Shown one piece after another: positions 62,932 through 64,000 of a stretch of DNA of 64,000 nucleotides. The position numbers and the translations under genes are program-made. Each line of letters begins with the position of its first letter. Positions within the stretch are counted from its first letter, which is position 1. The notes beneath the pieces were generated by a model. The model ran no database searches and was not told the DNA's origin. It saw nothing but the letters and a program-made list of their open reading frames with translations. The stretch comes from Mobula hypostoma (Eukaryota): contig NC_086097.1 in NCBI RefSeq assembly GCF_963921235.1, positions 105,650,001-105,714,000 of the forward strand. Reading direction: 5' to 3'.

Positions 62932-63961
62932 ACTGAAGGAAGAGTGAGTAAGGGATTTGAAAGTTGGAGGGGGAGGGGGAGATCCAAAATGATAGGAGAA
63001 GACAGGAGGGGGAGGGATAGAGCCAAGAGCTGGACAGGTGATAGGCAAAAGGGGATACGAGAGGATCATGGGACAGGAGGTCCGGGAAGAAAGACAAGGG
63101 GGGGGGGACCCAGAGGATGGGCAAGAGGTATATCCCACCACTAAGCACATCTTTCCCTCCCCGCCTCTCTCTGCATTCCACAGGGATTGCTCCCTACACA
63201 ACTCCCTTGTCCATTCGTCCCCCCCATCCCTCCCCACTGATCTCCCTCCTGGCACTTATCCGTGTAAGCGGAACAAGTGCTACACATGCCCTTACACTTC
63301 CTCCCTTACCATCATTCAGGGCCCCAAACAGTCCTTCCAGGTGAGGCAACACTTCACCTGTGAGTCGACTGGGGTGATATACTGCGTCCGGTGCTCCCGA
63401 TGTGGCCTTTTATATATTGGTGAGACCCGACACAGACTGGGAGACCGCTTTGCTGAACATCTACGATCTGTCTGCCAGAGAAAGCAGGATCTCCCAGTGG
63501 CCACACATTTTAATTCCACATCCCATTCCCATTCTGACATGTCTATCCACGGCCTCCTCTACTGTAAAGATGAAGCCACACTCAGGTTGGAGGAACAACA
63601 CCTTATATTCCGTCTGGGTAGCCTCCAACCTGATGGCATGAACATCGACTTCTCTAACTTCCGCTAAGGCCCCATCTCCCCCTCGTACCCCATCTGTTAC
63701 TCATTTTTATGCACACATTCTTTCTCTCACTCTCCTTTTTCTCCCTCTGTCCCTCTGCATATACCTCTTGCCCATCCTCTGGGTCCCCCCCCTCCTTGTC
63801 TTTCTTCCCGGACCTCCTGTCCCATGATCCTCTCGTATCCCCTTTTGCCTATCACCTGTCCAGCTCTTGGCTCTATCCCTCTCCCTCCTGTCTTCTCCTA
63901 TCATTTTGGATCTCCCCCTCCCCCTCCAACTTTCAAATCCCTTACTCACTCTTCCTTCAGT

Positions 63962-63999
63962 TAGTCCTGACGAAGGGTCTCGGCCTGAAACGTCGACTG
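63962..63999 (+). ncRNA. Minimal hammerhead ribozyme motif
   Basis: tagtc-CTGACGA-agggtctcggcct-GAAAC-GTC-gactg. Confidence 0.7.
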
Positions 64000-64000
64000 C

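Larger units (their letters stand above)
62869..64000 (+). mobile_element. Young Penelope-like element (GIY-YIG) with 5' inverted pLTR; runs off the window end
   Basis: ORF 63038..63667 TYPCKRNKCYTCPY...VIYCVRCSRCGLLYIGETRHRLGDRFAEH. Segment 62869-63133 is the reverse complement of the 3' part (about 63760-64000). Confidence 0.92.

Overview
Eukaryotic, repeat-dense vertebrate DNA. It is most likely from a cartilaginous fish (ray or shark), an inference from the CR1/Rex1/Penelope/V-SINE repeat content. The window covers the 5' part of a + strand presenilin gene, most likely PSEN1. Two coding exons are unambiguous (30711-30943 and 54231-54372, TM1 and TM2). A strong candidate first coding exon lies at 16675-16761. 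The introns (about 14 kb and 23 kb) consist mostly of nested retroelements. The most unusual object is a structurally complete Gypsy LTR element (43491-47806) with two LTRs, a TAGG target-site duplication, a tRNA-Pro PBS, a PPT, a PNMA-like gag, a protease and a partial RT. Most of its RNase H/integrase is replaced, in frame, by an intronless and internally deleted sarcomeric myosin heavy-chain tail (MYH16-like), which indicates host-mRNA capture by an LTR retrotransposon. Also present: a Gmr1-like Gypsy element with PR-IN-RT-RH domain order, several Penelope elements with inverted pseudo-LTRs and minimal hammerhead ribozyme motifs, a HERO-like RLE LINE, a young CR1 with an open RT frame, and two minisatellites that arose from LINE sequence. 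All family assignments come from motif recognition by eye; no database search was run. Boundaries of old repeats are approximate.
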